A stretch of DNA of 64,000 nucleotides from the NCBI GenBank assembly GCA_964016885.1, contig OZ024763.1, positions 22,754,001-22,818,000 of the forward strand, in the 5' to 3' direction. The position numbers and the translations under genes are program-made. The notes under the pieces were generated by a model. That model was not told the DNA's origin. It saw only the letters and a program-made list of their open reading frames with translations, and ran no database searches. This document shows, in pieces, positions 1 to 12,569 of this stretch; position 1 is the stretch's first letter, and every line of letters begins with the position of its first letter. This DNA comes from Eledone cirrhosa. Its lineage: Eukaryota.

Positions 1-52
1 AGTTGATTTGGTAGTATGTCGAATCTATCTATTTATAAGACTGTTTATATTG

Positions 53-118
53 TATTTTGTCTGAAGAAGGCATAACATATTTTTAATATGATATCCCTGA
101 AATATATATAATGAAATA
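53..118 (+). ncRNA. Type I hammerhead ribozyme motif (Penelope-type, minimal stem III)
   Basis: TATTTTGT-CTGAAGA-[stem II agg..catatt/aatatg..cct]-GAAA-tatata-TA-ATGAAATA. Stem I arms pair. Same family as 53365..53430, with a shared downstream flank tatggttttataaatatagtttccatttatt. Confidence 0.65.
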
Positions 119-159
119 AATATGGTTTTATAAATATAGTTTCCATTTATTTAATTATC

Positions 160-218
<59 letters not shown>

Positions 219-613
219 TACAATATAATAAATATAAATATAATTTCAGTGAGATTCAGATTTCGGCTGTGGTCAAAAACAAAGCGAAATGCAATATCCA
301 AGTTATGCTGGCAAGTGCTCCATGGACCAAATAAAGACCAGAGCAATAAACATAGGTTATAAAGGCCAAACAAACTGAGATGGCGGTCAAGAAGCCATCA
401 ACCACTTAAGCCAAAAAGACGAGGCAAGCCAAACAGGTCAAACAAAATAATTGAAATATTTACCCACTATATATATATATCAGAGAGTAGAGAACAGTGT
501 GCCAACAAACTGGCTTATTCCTCTCTCAGTCAAAAATATAAACACTTTTTTTTCTGTACTTGTTTCCTTAAAAATTACCATTATTCCATTGGTATACATC
601 TATTATGCAATTT

Positions 614-671
614 ACACCTGAAGATGTCACCGACTTTCTACACAACCTGGCCACTGAAATGTGTATAGTGT
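614..671 (+). ncRNA. Degenerate type I hammerhead motif
   Basis: ACAC-CTGAAGA-(weak stem II)-GAAA-tgtgta-TA-GTGT. Confidence 0.45.
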
Positions 672-885
672 TTACAGAAATAAATAATTAAGGAAATTTA
701 ACATAATTGGCCTCCTATCATTTCACTTTATAATATATTATAGATTATGATATATATATATGAAACAAAAACAAAGAGCGCTTACATCATCAATTATATA
801 TATATGTATATATATATATATATGTGTGTGTGTATGTATATATATATATATATGTGTGTGTGTGTATATATATATGTGTGTGTGT

Positions 886-1714
886 ATCATCATCATCATC
901 ATCATCATCAGGTTTAGCGTCCGTGTTCCACGCTTGCATGGGTTTGGACGGGGGTATTTCCCACTTGAGGCGAGAGTGATTGTCTTGCTCGCATAGGACT
1001 GTCTGGCAGGTTTTCTACAGCTGGATGCCCTTCCTAACACCAACCACATTTACAGTGTCGGGCTGGGAGGTTTTTTCCGTGTTGCCTACACGGCCACATT
1101 ACAGCGTGGACTGTGTGTTTTTTTGTCGTGACACCTACACGATCTCATTTGTTTCGGCCTGGATGTTGTGGCACCAACATAACTTTACATTGAAGGGGCG
1201 GTGTGGATGGGGTGGGGTGGTGGGACGGGGGTGTATTTTGTTAGAGATGCCTACTGACTGTAGTAGGTTTTACTTTGTATTTAGGTAAGGCGGGTCTTCT
1301 CTATTACTGAGTACCGCCAAAGGTCTCGGTCCAGTGACATTGTCTTGGTGAGGTGTAGGTGTGTGAGGTCGGAGTTTATCAGCTCATCCCAGGTTTTTCT
1401 GGGTCTGCCTATTCCGTGGCTACCATCTATCTTTATTGCCCTGCACTTTGTTATACAGCTATCGTCCTTCATGCGCATTACGTGACCATACCAATGTAGC
1501 CTTCTCTCGAGTAGACAACATCTGATCCCTCTTATTTCTAATTTTTTCCTTAGTTCGTTTATGCTTTGCTGTTCACGTATATTAATTACTATTACACATC
1601 CAGCGGAGCATGCAAGCTTCGTTTCTCTCTAGTCTGCGTATATCTTCTGCACACAATGCCCAGGTCTCACTGCCATGCAACATTGCTGTTCGTATGCAGG
1701 CATCGTACAACCTG
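886..1714 (-). mobile_element. 5'-truncated RTE-clade LINE (RT C-terminus, long 3' UTR, (GAT)n tail)
   Basis: Minus-strand translation [40 protein letters not shown]...[11 protein letters not shown]...DRDLWR. (CAT)n at the left end; the 5' end abuts (TA)n. Confidence 0.88.
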
Positions 1715-1755
1715 ATATATATATATATATATACATCTATATATGTGTGTGTGTG

Positions 1756-1799
<44 letters not shown>

Positions 1800-1857
1800 T
1801 ATATGTGTGTGTGTGTGTATATGTATATATATGTGTGTGTGTGTGTGTGTATGTGTG

Positions 1858-1897
<40 letters not shown>

Positions 1898-1903
1898 AAT
1901 ACT

Positions 1904-1989
<86 letters not shown>

Positions 1990-1991
1990 CT

Positions 1992-2037
<46 letters not shown>

Positions 2038-2039
2038 CT

Positions 2040-2090
<51 letters not shown>
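1715..2090. repeat. (TA)n/(TG)n microsatellite cluster
   Basis: Direct inspection. Confidence 0.95.
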
Positions 2091-2094
<4 letters not shown>

Positions 2095-2229
2095 TATAAA
2101 TATCATGATCATTGTTATTGTCGTTTTAATGGCTGCTTTCCCTGCTAGCAAGGGTGTGTGTATATATATATATATATAAGGTTTGTGTGTGTATGTGTCC
2201 ATGCCAATATGAGTGCCTCAGTGTGGGTT

Positions 2230-4256
2230 TCTATACATTTCTCTGTAAATGTCTGTGTGTATATATGTCTGTGTATATGTCTGTGTATATATGTCTGTGT
2301 GTATATATATCTGTGTATATGTCTGTGTATATATATATCTCTGTATATATGTCTGTGTGTGTATATATCTGTGTGTATATGTCTGTGTGTATATATCTGT
2401 GTGTATATGTCTGTGTATATATGTCTGTGTATATATATATCTGTGTATATATCTGTGTTTATATATATCTGTGTATATATATCTGTGTATATATCTGTGT
2501 ATATATATCTGTGTATGTATGTCTGTGTGTGTATATATGTCTGTGTGTATATATATCTGTATGTATATATGTCTGTGTGTATGTATGTCTGTGTGTATAT
2601 ATGTCTGTGTATATATGTCTCTGTGTATATATGTCTGTGTGTATATATCTGTGTATATATATCTGTGTATATATCTGTGTATATATCTGTGTGTATATAT
2701 GTCTGTGTGTATGTATGTCTGTGTGTATATATGTCTGTGTATATGTCTGGGTATATATGTCTGTGTGTATATATGTCTGTGTATATATGTCTGTGTATAT
2801 ATATATCTGTGTATATATCTGTGTGTATATATATCTGTGTATATATATCTGTGTATATATCTGTGTAAATATATCTGTGTATGTATGTCTGTGTGTGTAT
2901 ATATGTCTGTGTGTATATATATCTGTGTGTATATATGTCTGTGTATATATGTATCTGTGTATATATGTATCTGTGTATATATGTCTGTGTATATATGTCT
3001 CTGTGTATATATGTCTGTGTGTATATATGTCTGTGTGTATATATCTGTGTATATATATCTGTGTATATATCTGTGTATATATCTGTGTGTATATATGTCT
3101 GTGTGTATGTATGTCTGTGTGTATATATGTCTGTGTATATATGTATCTGTGTATGTATGACTGTGTATATATGTCTGTGTGTATATATGTCTGTGTGTGT
3201 ATATGTCTGTGTATATATGTCTGTGTGTATATATCTGTGTGTATATGTCTCTGTGTATATATGTCTGTATGTGTATATGTCTGTGTGTGTATATATCTGT
3301 GTGTATATGTCTCTGTGTGTATATATGTCTGTGTGTATATATGTCTGTGTGTGTATATGTCTGTGTGTGTATATGTCTGTGTGTATATATCTGTGTGTAT
3401 ATGTCTGTGTATATATGTCTGTGTATATATGTCTGTGTGTATATGTCTGTGTATATATGTCTGTGTATATATGTCTGTGTATATATGTCTGTATGTATAT
3501 GTCAGTGTGTATATATGTCTGTGTGTATATATATCTGTGTGTATATATGTCTGTGTATATATGTATCTGTGTATATATGTCTCTGTGTATATATGTCTGT
3601 GTGTGTATATATGTCTGTGTGTGTATATGTCTGTGTGTGTATATGTCTGTGTGTATATGTCTGTGTATATATATATCTGTGTGTATATGACTGTGTATAT
3701 ATATCTGTGTATATATCTGTGTGTATATGTCTCTGTGTATATATGTCCGTGTGTATATATCTGTGTGTATATATGTCTCTGTGTATATGTCTGTGTATAT
3801 ATATATCTGTGTGTATATGACTGTGTATATATATCTGTGTATATATCTGTGTGTATATGTCTCTGTGTATATATGTCTGTGTGTATATATCTGTGTGTAT
3901 ATGTCTGTGTATATATATCTGTGTATATATGTCAGTCTGTATATGTCTGTGTATATATGTCAGTATGTATATGTCTGTGTATATATGTCAGTATGTATAT
4001 GTCTGTGTATATATGTCAGTCTGTATATGTCTGTGTATATATGTCAGTCTGTATATGTCTGTGTATATATGTCAGTATGTATGTGTGTGTATATATGTCA
4101 GTATGTATATGTCTGTGTATATATGTCAGTATGTATGTGTGTGTATATATGTCAGTATGTATATGTCTGTGTATATATGTCAGTATGTATATGTCTGTGT
4201 ATATATGTCAGTATGTATATGTCTGTGTATATATGTCAGTATGTATGTGTGTGTGT
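2230..4256. repeat. Compound microsatellite (RTCTGTGTATAT-type units)
   Basis: About 2 kb of gtct/atct + (gt)n + (at)n units. The long ORFs here are artefacts. Confidence 0.95.
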
Positions 4257-4383
4257 GCACACTTAAGTGAGCTTATTTACATAGGTGCTGTGTATTAGAA
4301 TGTATAAACACTTCTAATTCTGACAACTGACCCAACAAGGTACTACTACAGCTTCTACAAGGTTGTATAACCAGCTTCATATC

Positions 4384-5930
4384 CTTCTCCCACTTATTCC
4401 TGAGAAGGTTGTGGGAGGGCAGAGTCCTGAAACACTCCTTCCATCAGGTCCTGTCAGAAGCAACCGTCTCCAACTGATCCAGCTGGATCCCCAAGAGAGA
4501 CCAGCCAAGCTCATGGATGTTATCCAACCATCTTATTTGGGGTCTAACCCTGGGCGTCTCCTGTCAGTTGGTTTTGCTCCATAAAATCTTTCCAGGGATT
4601 CTTTCCTGAGACATTCTAACCATATGTCCATAGTATCAGAGCTGTGATCTCTCAATTCAGAGAAGTAGCAGCTCTACCTGGAGTGACTCTCTGATCTCTG
4701 AGCTACAAATCTGTCCAGTGATTCTTTCCTGAGACATTCTAACCATATGTCCATAGTATCAGAGCTGTGATCTCTCAATTCAGAGAAGTAGCAGCTCTAC
4801 TTGGAGTGACTCTCTGATCTCTGAGCTACAAATGTGTTCCGTGATTCTTTCCTGAGACATTCTAACCATATGTCCATAGTATCAGAGCTGTGATCTCTCA
4901 ATTCAGAGAAGTAGCAGCTCTACTTGGAGTGACTCTCTGATCTCTGAGCTACAAATGTGTTCCGTGATTCTTTCCTGAGACATTCTAACCATATGTCCAT
5001 AGTATCAGAGCTGTGATCTCTCAATTCAGAGAAGTAGCAGCTCTACTTGGAGTGACTCTCTGATCTCTGAGCTACAAATGTGTTCCGTGATTCTTTCCTG
5101 AGACATTCTAACCATATGTCCATAGTATCAGAGCTGTGATCTCTCAATTCAGAGAAGTAGCAGCTCTACTTGGAGTGACTCTCTGATCTCTGAGCTACAA
5201 ATGTGTTCCGTGATTCTTTCCTGAGACATTCTAACCATATGTCCATAGTATCAGAGCTGTGATCTCTCAATTCAGAGAAGTAGCAGCTCTACCTGGAGTG
5301 ACTCTCTGATCTCTGAGCTACAAATGTGTTCCGTGATTCTTTCCTGAGACATTCTAACCATATGTCCATAGTATCAGAGCTGTGATCTCTCAATTCAGAG
5401 AAGTAGCAGCTCTACCTGGAGTGACTCTCTGATCTCTGAGCTACAAATGTGTTCCGTGATTCTTTCCTGAGACATTCTAACCATATGTCCATAGTATCAG
5501 AGCTGTGATCTCTCAATTCAGAGAAGTAGCAGCTCTACCTGGAGTGACTCTCTGATCTCTGAGCTACAAATGTGTTCCGTGATTCTTTCCTGAGACATTC
5601 TAACCATATGTCCATAGTATCAGAGCTGTGTTCTCTCAATTCAGAGAAGTAGCAGCTCTACCTGGAGTGACTCCCCAGCGATTCTTTCCTGAGACATTCT
5701 AACCACATAGTATCAGAGCTGTGATCTCTCAATTCAGAGAAGTAGCAGCTCCACCTGGAATGACTCCCTGATCTCCGACCTACACACTCTATCGAATAAC
5801 ATTACTCCAAAGACCCTTCAGAGGAATCCCATTTCGGCCACTTGTATTTGCGATTGTATTCTTTCAGTCATTACCCCAAATTCATGACCATAGGTAAGGG
5901 TTGACATGAAAACCGAATTGAAGATTGCCA
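4384..5930 (-). mobile_element. Degraded Rex3/Expander-like RTE LINE 3' fragment with an internal tandem expansion
   Basis: Minus-strand translation FNSVFMSTLTYGHEFGVMTERIQSQIQVAEMGFL*RV...SEIRESLQVELLLL*IERSQL*YYGHMVRMSQERI; contains stops. Confidence 0.8.
4597..5775. repeat. 123-bp tandem repeat, about 10 copies
   Basis: gattctttcctgagacattc recurs at 4597, 4720, 4843 ... 5581 (period 123), with a shortened last unit near 5680. Confidence 0.95.
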
Positions 5931-6032
5931 CATATCAAGTGATGCCTGTGTGTGAGGATGGATGAATATAAATATATCTATATATCATCATCATCGTTTA
6001 ACATCCATTTTCCAAGCACATATATATATACT

Positions 6033-6071
<39 letters not shown>

Positions 6072-6073
<2 letters not shown>

Positions 6074-6128
6074 GAGATTCTACAGGACTAGAACTGTTTC
6101 ATTCTTGAGAAATCATCAGGAATCTCAT
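6072..6128 (-). ncRNA. Type I hammerhead ribozyme
   Basis: Minus strand ATGAGATTC-CTGATGA-TTTCTCAAGAAT-GAAA-CAG-ttctagtc-CTG-TA-GAATCTCAT. 9-bp stem I, GUA cleavage triplet. Confidence 0.8.
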
Positions 6129-6229
6129 CTATATTAAAACTTTTATACTCTACTATGTATTGAGAACCTTACTTACTGTGGTTACCTCCGATTCAACCCG
6201 GAATAACTCACCTATATATATATATATAG

Positions 6230-6645
6230 AAGAGGTGCCTACAGTCAGTAGGCACCTCTTAACCAAATATACACCCCAATCTACTACCCCTACCCTATCC
6301 TCCCACTCCCACCAACACCACCCCCTCTCTATAAAGTGGGTACCACAACACCCAGTCCAAATAAATGAGATAAATGAAATTGAGATCGTGTAGGTGTCAT
6401 GAGAAAAAAACACAGTCCACACTGTAATGTGGCCGTGTAGGTAGCACGGTAAAAAGTTCCCAGTTCCACACTGTAAATGTGGTTGGTGTTAGGAAGGACA
6501 TCCAGCCGTAGAAAACCTGACAGATAGTTCTATATGAGTGAGACACGGTCACCCGAGCTACCTTGCCTCACGTGGGACAACTCCCGTCTAACCCATGCTA
6601 GCGTGGAAAATGGACATTAAACGAAGATGATGATGATGATGATGA
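6230..6645 (+). mobile_element. RTE LINE 3' UTR fragment with (GAT)n tail
   Basis: Reverse complement of the 886-1270 UTR; ends ggacattaaacgaagatgatgat. Confidence 0.8.
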
Positions 6646-6783
6646 TAGAAGTAGTTCCACATCAGTTGGTTCACGATTTCCGGGAACAATTGTTTCCCCT
6701 TACTCAGATCATCAGCTCAGTTTAAAACCGAGCTGAAACATTTGTTCTCGGTATGGTAACTAACTGTTGTGGAACTACTTCTA
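6646..6783. mobile_element. Fold-back patch with a minimal hammerhead on the minus strand (6680..6720)
   Basis: Arms tagaagtagttccaca / tgtggaactacttcta. Minus strand ctgag-CTGATGA-tctgagtaaggg-GAAA-c-aatt-g-TT-cccgg. The plus arm has an internally deleted copy (ccgagctgaaacatttgttctcgg). Confidence 0.65.
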
Positions 6784-6865
6784 CCAAACTCATCCCATGG
6801 ACTGAGTGCTCTACTACTGCGGATATAACCCTCCAGTGTTCTACTATTATATATATATATATATA

Positions 6866-7058
6866 TTCATTTTCATTTCATTTCATTTTACGTCCGTTTT
6901 TTCCTGCTTGCAAGGGTGGGACGGGAACTGATTCTGGCTTGATTTCTACAGCTGGATGCCCTTCCTAACACCAAACCTCATTTACAGTGAGTGCTGGGTG
7001 CTCTTTTGCCGTGGCACCTACACGTCTACTTTACAGTGGAATGATATGGACCCCAGTC
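6866..7058 (-). mobile_element. SINE 3' half with RTE-like tail
   Basis: Matches 30686-30865 and, inverted, 26932-27133. Confidence 0.75.
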
Positions 7059-7081
7059 ATAGATAGATAGATAGATAGATA

Positions 7082-7170
7082 TATTTCTTTATTAGCCACA
7101 AGGGCGCACAATAAAAGGGGACAATACAAAGACATGCGGGGGATTTTACAAACAGTCGTGTAAAAAATAT
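7082..7170 (-). mobile_element. Tx1-like LINE 3' end fragment, inverted, with (GATA)n
   Basis: Reverse complement of the 7750-7838 3' UTR. Confidence 0.8.
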
Positions 7171-7258
7171 ATCTATCTATCTATCTATCTGTCTATCTAT
7201 CTGCTCTCTAGTTCCACCCTAAGCCATGTGCCTCCATATATATATATATGTGTATATG

Positions 7259-7290
<32 letters not shown>

Positions 7291-7529
7291 CCCATGCTAG
7301 TGTGGAAAATGGACATTAAACGATGATGATGATCTATATATATTTATATCTATCCATCTACTTACCTATCTATCTATCTAACTATCTACCTGTCTACCTG
7401 TCTATCTACCTGTCTACCTGTCTATCTATCTGTCTATCTATAAATCTATCTATCTATCTATCTGTCTATCTATAAATCTATCTATCTATCTATCTATAAA
7501 TCTATCTCTCTGTCTATCTATCTATCTAA

Positions 7530-7838
7530 ATTTACTGAAAGGTGGGTGAATATGGAAAAAATGGCCCGAGTGATTGGGCCTTCTCTGTTTATAAGCCTGT
7601 AGGTTGAGGAAGAGAGCAAAAGATAGAAAGGAGCACTTGCACAACACGCTCCTGGAGTTGAGGGTTGTTCTATCGACGGGGTATTAAACAACCAATTTGT
7701 GGGGCCTCCCCCCTATTGGGGATTTCGATTGTTGTAATTGTTTGTTTTTATATTTTTTACACGACTGTTTGTAAAATCCCCCACATGTCTTTGTATTGTC
7801 CCCTTTTATTGTGCGCCCTTGTGGCTAATAAAGAAATA
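7530..7838 (+). mobile_element. Tx1-like LINE 3' fragment (copy A)
   Basis: Encodes the ORF2 terminus ERWVNMEKMARVIGPSLFISL*, followed by a 3' UTR, AATAAA and (TATC)n. Confidence 0.85.
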
Positions 7839-7853
7839 TATCTATCTATCTAT

Positions 7854-9000
7854 ACCCTTCTAACGGAGGGCTGGGGATGCCGTGGTTGACGATGCGCAAA
7901 CACGCGCTCAGGCTGCGGCATCTCTACGTATTCCTCACCGGACAACCGGTGTGGGCCCCGTTCGTGAGGCGAGCCTTCCCACGACTCGTCTCGCTGACCG
8001 AGCTGCAGTCCTGGGTCAAGCAGAGACCGAGGAAAATGGGCGACTGGCACATCGAATGTGCTCAGGCGCTCACAGCCCTCCGGCAGGCGGACCCAGCGAT
8101 CAGTGGAGACTCCACTTCGTCATTCTATAGAGGGTTGGTCCGCAGCAAGTGCGACGACGCGCTCGGTGAAACTCTAGGCGTGGAGGAAGATGAACTGGCC
8201 AGTCTGTTCGGTAGGACCTTCCGCCCGGGACCGATGGACAACTTCCAAAAGTCCCTGGCCTGGCAGTGCTACCGAGGAGCTCTACCAGTTCGAGACAAGC
8301 TCTACAGACATGGGCGCCCGGGCAGGGACCCTGCAAAAAAGATCTGTCCGAGGTGCGTGCGAGACGAAGAAACCGTCGCGCACGCATTCATACACTGCCC
8401 GGGCGTCACTGACCTGTGGGGCTATGTAGAACGACTATTGTCGCGGGTGGGACCAATCCAGTTGACCACCGAGTCCATTGTCATGATCAAACCGCCACCC
8501 TCCTTCAAAAACGAAGGAGAGGCGGTTTTCCTTTGTGTGATAGCTATGGCGAAAGAGGTTGTATGGTGGACAAGGTTGAAAGGGCTGAGGTCAGACACCT
8601 TTCTCTCCGGCCAACAACTGATTCTTTTTTTCAAATACCACTTTGGAAGAAGAATCAGGATGGAGAGAGAGGTGCTGTACCCCAGCAAGTTTTATGAAAG
8701 GTGGGTGAAAGTGGCGAGAATGGCCCGAGTGAATGGGCCTTCTCTCTATATCAGCCTGTAGGTTGAGGAAAAGGAGGAGGAGAGGAAAGGAGTACAAGCT
8801 CTTCGTACTCCTGGAGATGAGGGTTGCACATTTTTTTCGGGGGTCTGTGTTACCCATATAAACTGTCTCCCTCTATTGGGGAAAATCGACTAACTTTTAA
8901 ATTCCATCTGTGATAACATTTTACACGTTTTTATTGTATGTAAACTTCCCCCTTTGTATTTGTCCCCTTCTTTTGTGCCCCTGTGGCTAATAAAGAAATA
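7854..9000 (+). mobile_element. Tx1/L1-clade LINE, 5'-truncated (copy B; ORF 7877..8761)
   Basis: GGLGMP motif, C-terminal CPRC-x8-H-x4-C zinc knuckle, open frame, AATAAA followed by (TATC)n. Confidence 0.9.
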
Positions 9001-9013
9001 TATCTATCTATCT

Positions 9014-9995
9014 CTGGCACACCGAGTGTACCCAGGCGCTCACGGCTCTCTGGCAGGCGGACCCGGCTGTCAGTGGAGAATCCACCTCGTCATTCTATAG
9101 AGGGCTGGTGGTTAGCAGGTGCGACGACGCCCTCGGAGAAGCCCTAGGCATGGAGGAAGACGAACTGGCCAACCTGTTCGGTAGGACATTCAGCCCGGGA
9201 CCCATGGATAACTTCCAGAGGTCCCTGGCCTGGCAATGCTACAGAAGGGCTCTGCCCGTTAGAGAAAGGCTCTACAGACACGGACGCCCGGGTAGGGACC
9301 CATCGAAAAAGATCTGTCCCAGATGCGTGTGCGACGAGGAAACCGTTGCACACGCATTGGTACACTGCTCGGGCTTTGCCGATCTGTGGGGCTATGTCGA
9401 ACAACTGCTGTCAAGGGTGGGACCGATCCGGTTGACCACCGAGTCTATTGTAACGATCAAGCCGCCTCCCCCCTTCAAAAACGAAGGAGAGGCGGTGTTT
9501 CTGTGCGTAATAGCTATGGCGAAAGAGGTTGTATGGTGGACGCATCTGAAAGGACTGAGGTCAGACACCTTTCTCTCTGGCCAACAACTGGTCCGTTTCT
9601 TCCGATATCATTTCGGAAGAAGGATCAGGATGGAGAGAGAGGTGCTGCACCCCAGCCGTTTCTATGAAAGATGGGTGAAAGTGGCGAGAATGGCCCGTGT
9701 GAATGGGCCTTCACTCTACATCAGACTATAGGTGAGGAAGATGAAAGACCAAGGGAGCACCCCTTCTCTGTGCTCCTGAGGAGAAGGGTTGCACACTTTT
9801 TTCGGGAGTGTACGCGACCCCCCCAAGGCGCCTCCTCTCTATTGAGGACTTTGTTATAAATTTTATTTTTGTTATATTTTATTTTATTTTTATATATTGT
9901 TATTGCCTCCTCCTTATTGAGGACGCCTTGTTTTGTAAACTCCCCCCATTGTACTTGTCCCACTTTTGATGCCCTGGTGGCAAATAAAAGAAACA
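9014..9995 (+). mobile_element. Tx1/L1-clade LINE, 5'-truncated (copy C; ORF 9108..9731)
   Basis: Paralogue of B and D with the zinc knuckle; 3' UTR nearly identical to copy D; ends in (TATC)n. Confidence 0.9.
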
Positions 9996-10004
9996 TATCT
10001 ATAA

Positions 10005-10042
<38 letters not shown>

Positions 10043-10044
10043 AA

Positions 10045-10078
<34 letters not shown>

Positions 10079-10080
10079 AA

Positions 10081-10134
<54 letters not shown>

Positions 10135-10136
10135 AA

Positions 10137-10185
<49 letters not shown>

Positions 10186-12019
10186 GCCGCATCTGCTCTA
10201 GGGTCAAGGTGAACGGCTACCTCTCGGAGCCGTTCAAAATCGCGCGGTCCATCCGACAAGGGTGCCCTCTCTCCTCCCTTCTGTATGTGTTGACTCTCGA
10301 GCCACTACTGCGGAAGTTGGAGTTGTTGCAGGGCATCCCTTTGGAACCGGGATTGCGGAAAGCGGTGTCGGCCTACGCCGATGACGTGACAGTAATGGTG
10401 TCGACGGCCTCCGAAATCGAGGCGGTCGGCACCTTACTGGAGGAGTACGAAAAGTTCACAGGGGCTAAGCTGAACCGGGACAAGTCGATCGGTTTGCAAC
10501 TCGGCACGTGGAGGGGCAGACCGATGCCCTCCAATAGCGTCGTCGGACGCTGGACGGAGGGCCCGGTGAAGTTGCTCGGGGTCTGGTTCGGACCGGACCT
10601 CCAGGTGGAGAAAAACTGGGCGGAGGTTACGAACAGGGTGTTTGCACTGACCCAGAAGTGGGCCAGTTGCAAACTATCCCTGAAAGGTCGGGCGGAGGTG
10701 GCGAACACCTACATAGCGTCCGTCATCTACTACCGCCTGACCGTAGTGCCCTGCCCAAGGGAAACCCTCACCAAGATGGAGCGCGCGCTCTTCCAATTCC
10801 TTTGGAAGAGGCGGGCTCCTATGGTGAGGAGATCCATCTGCTGTCAACACCCTTCGAAAGGAGGGCTGGGGATGCCGTGGCTAATGATGCGTAAACACGC
10901 ATTAAGGCTACGGCACCTCTACGTATTCCTCACCGGACAACCGGTGTGGGCCTCGTTTGTGAGACGAAGCTTTCCCAGACTCGTCTCACTCACCGAGCTG
11001 CAATCCTGGGTCAAGCAAAGACCGAGAAAACTGGGCGCCTGGCACACTGAGTGTGCCCAGGCGCTCACCGCCCTCTGGCAGGCGGATCCGGTTGTCAGTG
11101 GAGACTCCACCGCAACATTCTATAGAGGGCTGGTGCGCAGCAGGTGCGACGACGCCCTCGGAGAAGCCCTAGACATGGAGGAGGACGAACTGGCCAGCCT
11201 GTTCGGTAGGACATTCAGCCCGGGACCTATGGACAACTTCCAGAAGTCCCTGGCCTGGCAGTGCTACCGAGGGGCTTTACCCGTTCGAGAAAGGCTCTAC
11301 AGACACGGGCGCCCGGGTAGGGACCCCGCCAAAAAGATCTGTCCCAGATGTGTGTGCGACGAGGAAACCGTTGCACATGCATTAGTACACTGCTCGGGCG
11401 TAGCCGATCTGTGGGGCTATGTCGAACAACTGCTGTCAAGGGTGGGACCGATCCGGTTGACCACCGAGTCTATTGTAATGATCAAGCCGCCTCCCCCCTT
11501 CAAAGATGAAGCAGAGGCGGTGTTTCTGTGCGTAATAGCCATGGCGAAAGAGGTTGTATGGTGGACGCGTCTGAAAGGACTGAGGTCGGGCACCTTTCTC
11601 TCTGGCCAACAACTGGTCCGTTTCTTCCGATATCATTTCGGAAGAAGGATCAGGGTGGAGAGAGAGGTGCTGCACCCCAGCCGTTTCTATGAAAGATGGG
11701 TGAAAGTGGCGAGAATGGCCCGTGTGAATGGGCCTTCACTCTACATCAGACTATAGGTGAGGAAGATGAAAGACCAAGGGAGCACCCCTTCTCTGTGCTC
11801 CTGAGGAGAAGGGTTGCACACCTTTTTCGGGGGTGTGTGCGACCCCCCAAGGCGCCTCCTCTCTATTGAGGATTTTGTTAAAAATTTTATTTTTTGTTAT
11901 ATCTTATTTTATTTTTATATTTTGTTATTGCCTCCTCCTTATTGAGGACGCCTTTTTGTGTAAACTCCCCCCTTTGTACTTGTCCCACTTTTGATGCCCT
12001 AGTGGCAAATAAAAGAAAT
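10186..12019 (+). mobile_element. Tx1/L1-clade LINE, 5'-truncated (copy D; RT ORF 10209..11756, 515 aa open)
   Basis: RT motifs IRQGCPLSSLLY, SAYADD and KLLGV, then GGLG and the CCHC knuckle. No stop codons. Flanked by (TATC)n on both sides. Confidence 0.93.
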
Positions 12020-12020
12020 A

Positions 12021-12091
<71 letters not shown>

Positions 12092-12095
<4 letters not shown>

Positions 12096-12211
12096 TGAGG
12101 ACGCCTTTTTGTGTAAACTCCCCCCCTTTGTACTTGTCCCACTTTTGATGCCCTAGTGGCAAATAAAAGAAACATATCTATCTATCTATCTATAAATCTA
12201 TCTATCTATAA

Positions 12212-12245
<34 letters not shown>

Positions 12246-12348
12246 AAATCTATCTATCTATCTATCTATCTATAAATCTATCTATCTATCTATCTATCTA
12301 TTGTACTTGTCCCACTTTTGATGCCCTAGTGGTAAATAAAAGAAATAT
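12092..12348 (+). mobile_element. Two very short 3' ends of the same Tx1-like LINE (about 85 and 50 bp) within (TATC)n
   Basis: ttgtacttgtcccacttttgatgccctagtgg..aataaaagaaa recurs at about 12128 and 12301, each followed by (TATC)n. Confidence 0.85.
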
Positions 12349-12569
12349 ATCTATCTATAAATCTATCTATCTATCTATCTATCTGCTCTCTAGTTCCACC
12401 CTTTTTGCCCTACATTCCTTCTCTCTCTCCCTCTCCCCCCTCCCATTTCTCCGTCTCTCTTACCATGTTACATTTCTGTGTAATGTGATTAAGGGGGTAG
12501 ATAGGTGTCAGGTGTGGACAGGTAATATCAGGGGGTTATTATTGGTAACGACTTTGGTATTATTGGTCA

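Noticed and set aside
2154-4298. 714-aa ORF and overlapping ORFs
   Set aside because: Dinucleotide-repeat translations (C/V/Y/I/M only).
7877-11756. Tandem host gene family or a complete active retrotransposon
   Set aside because: All copies are 5'-truncated LINE ORF2 pieces lacking the endonuclease and ORF1; the listed start codons are internal.
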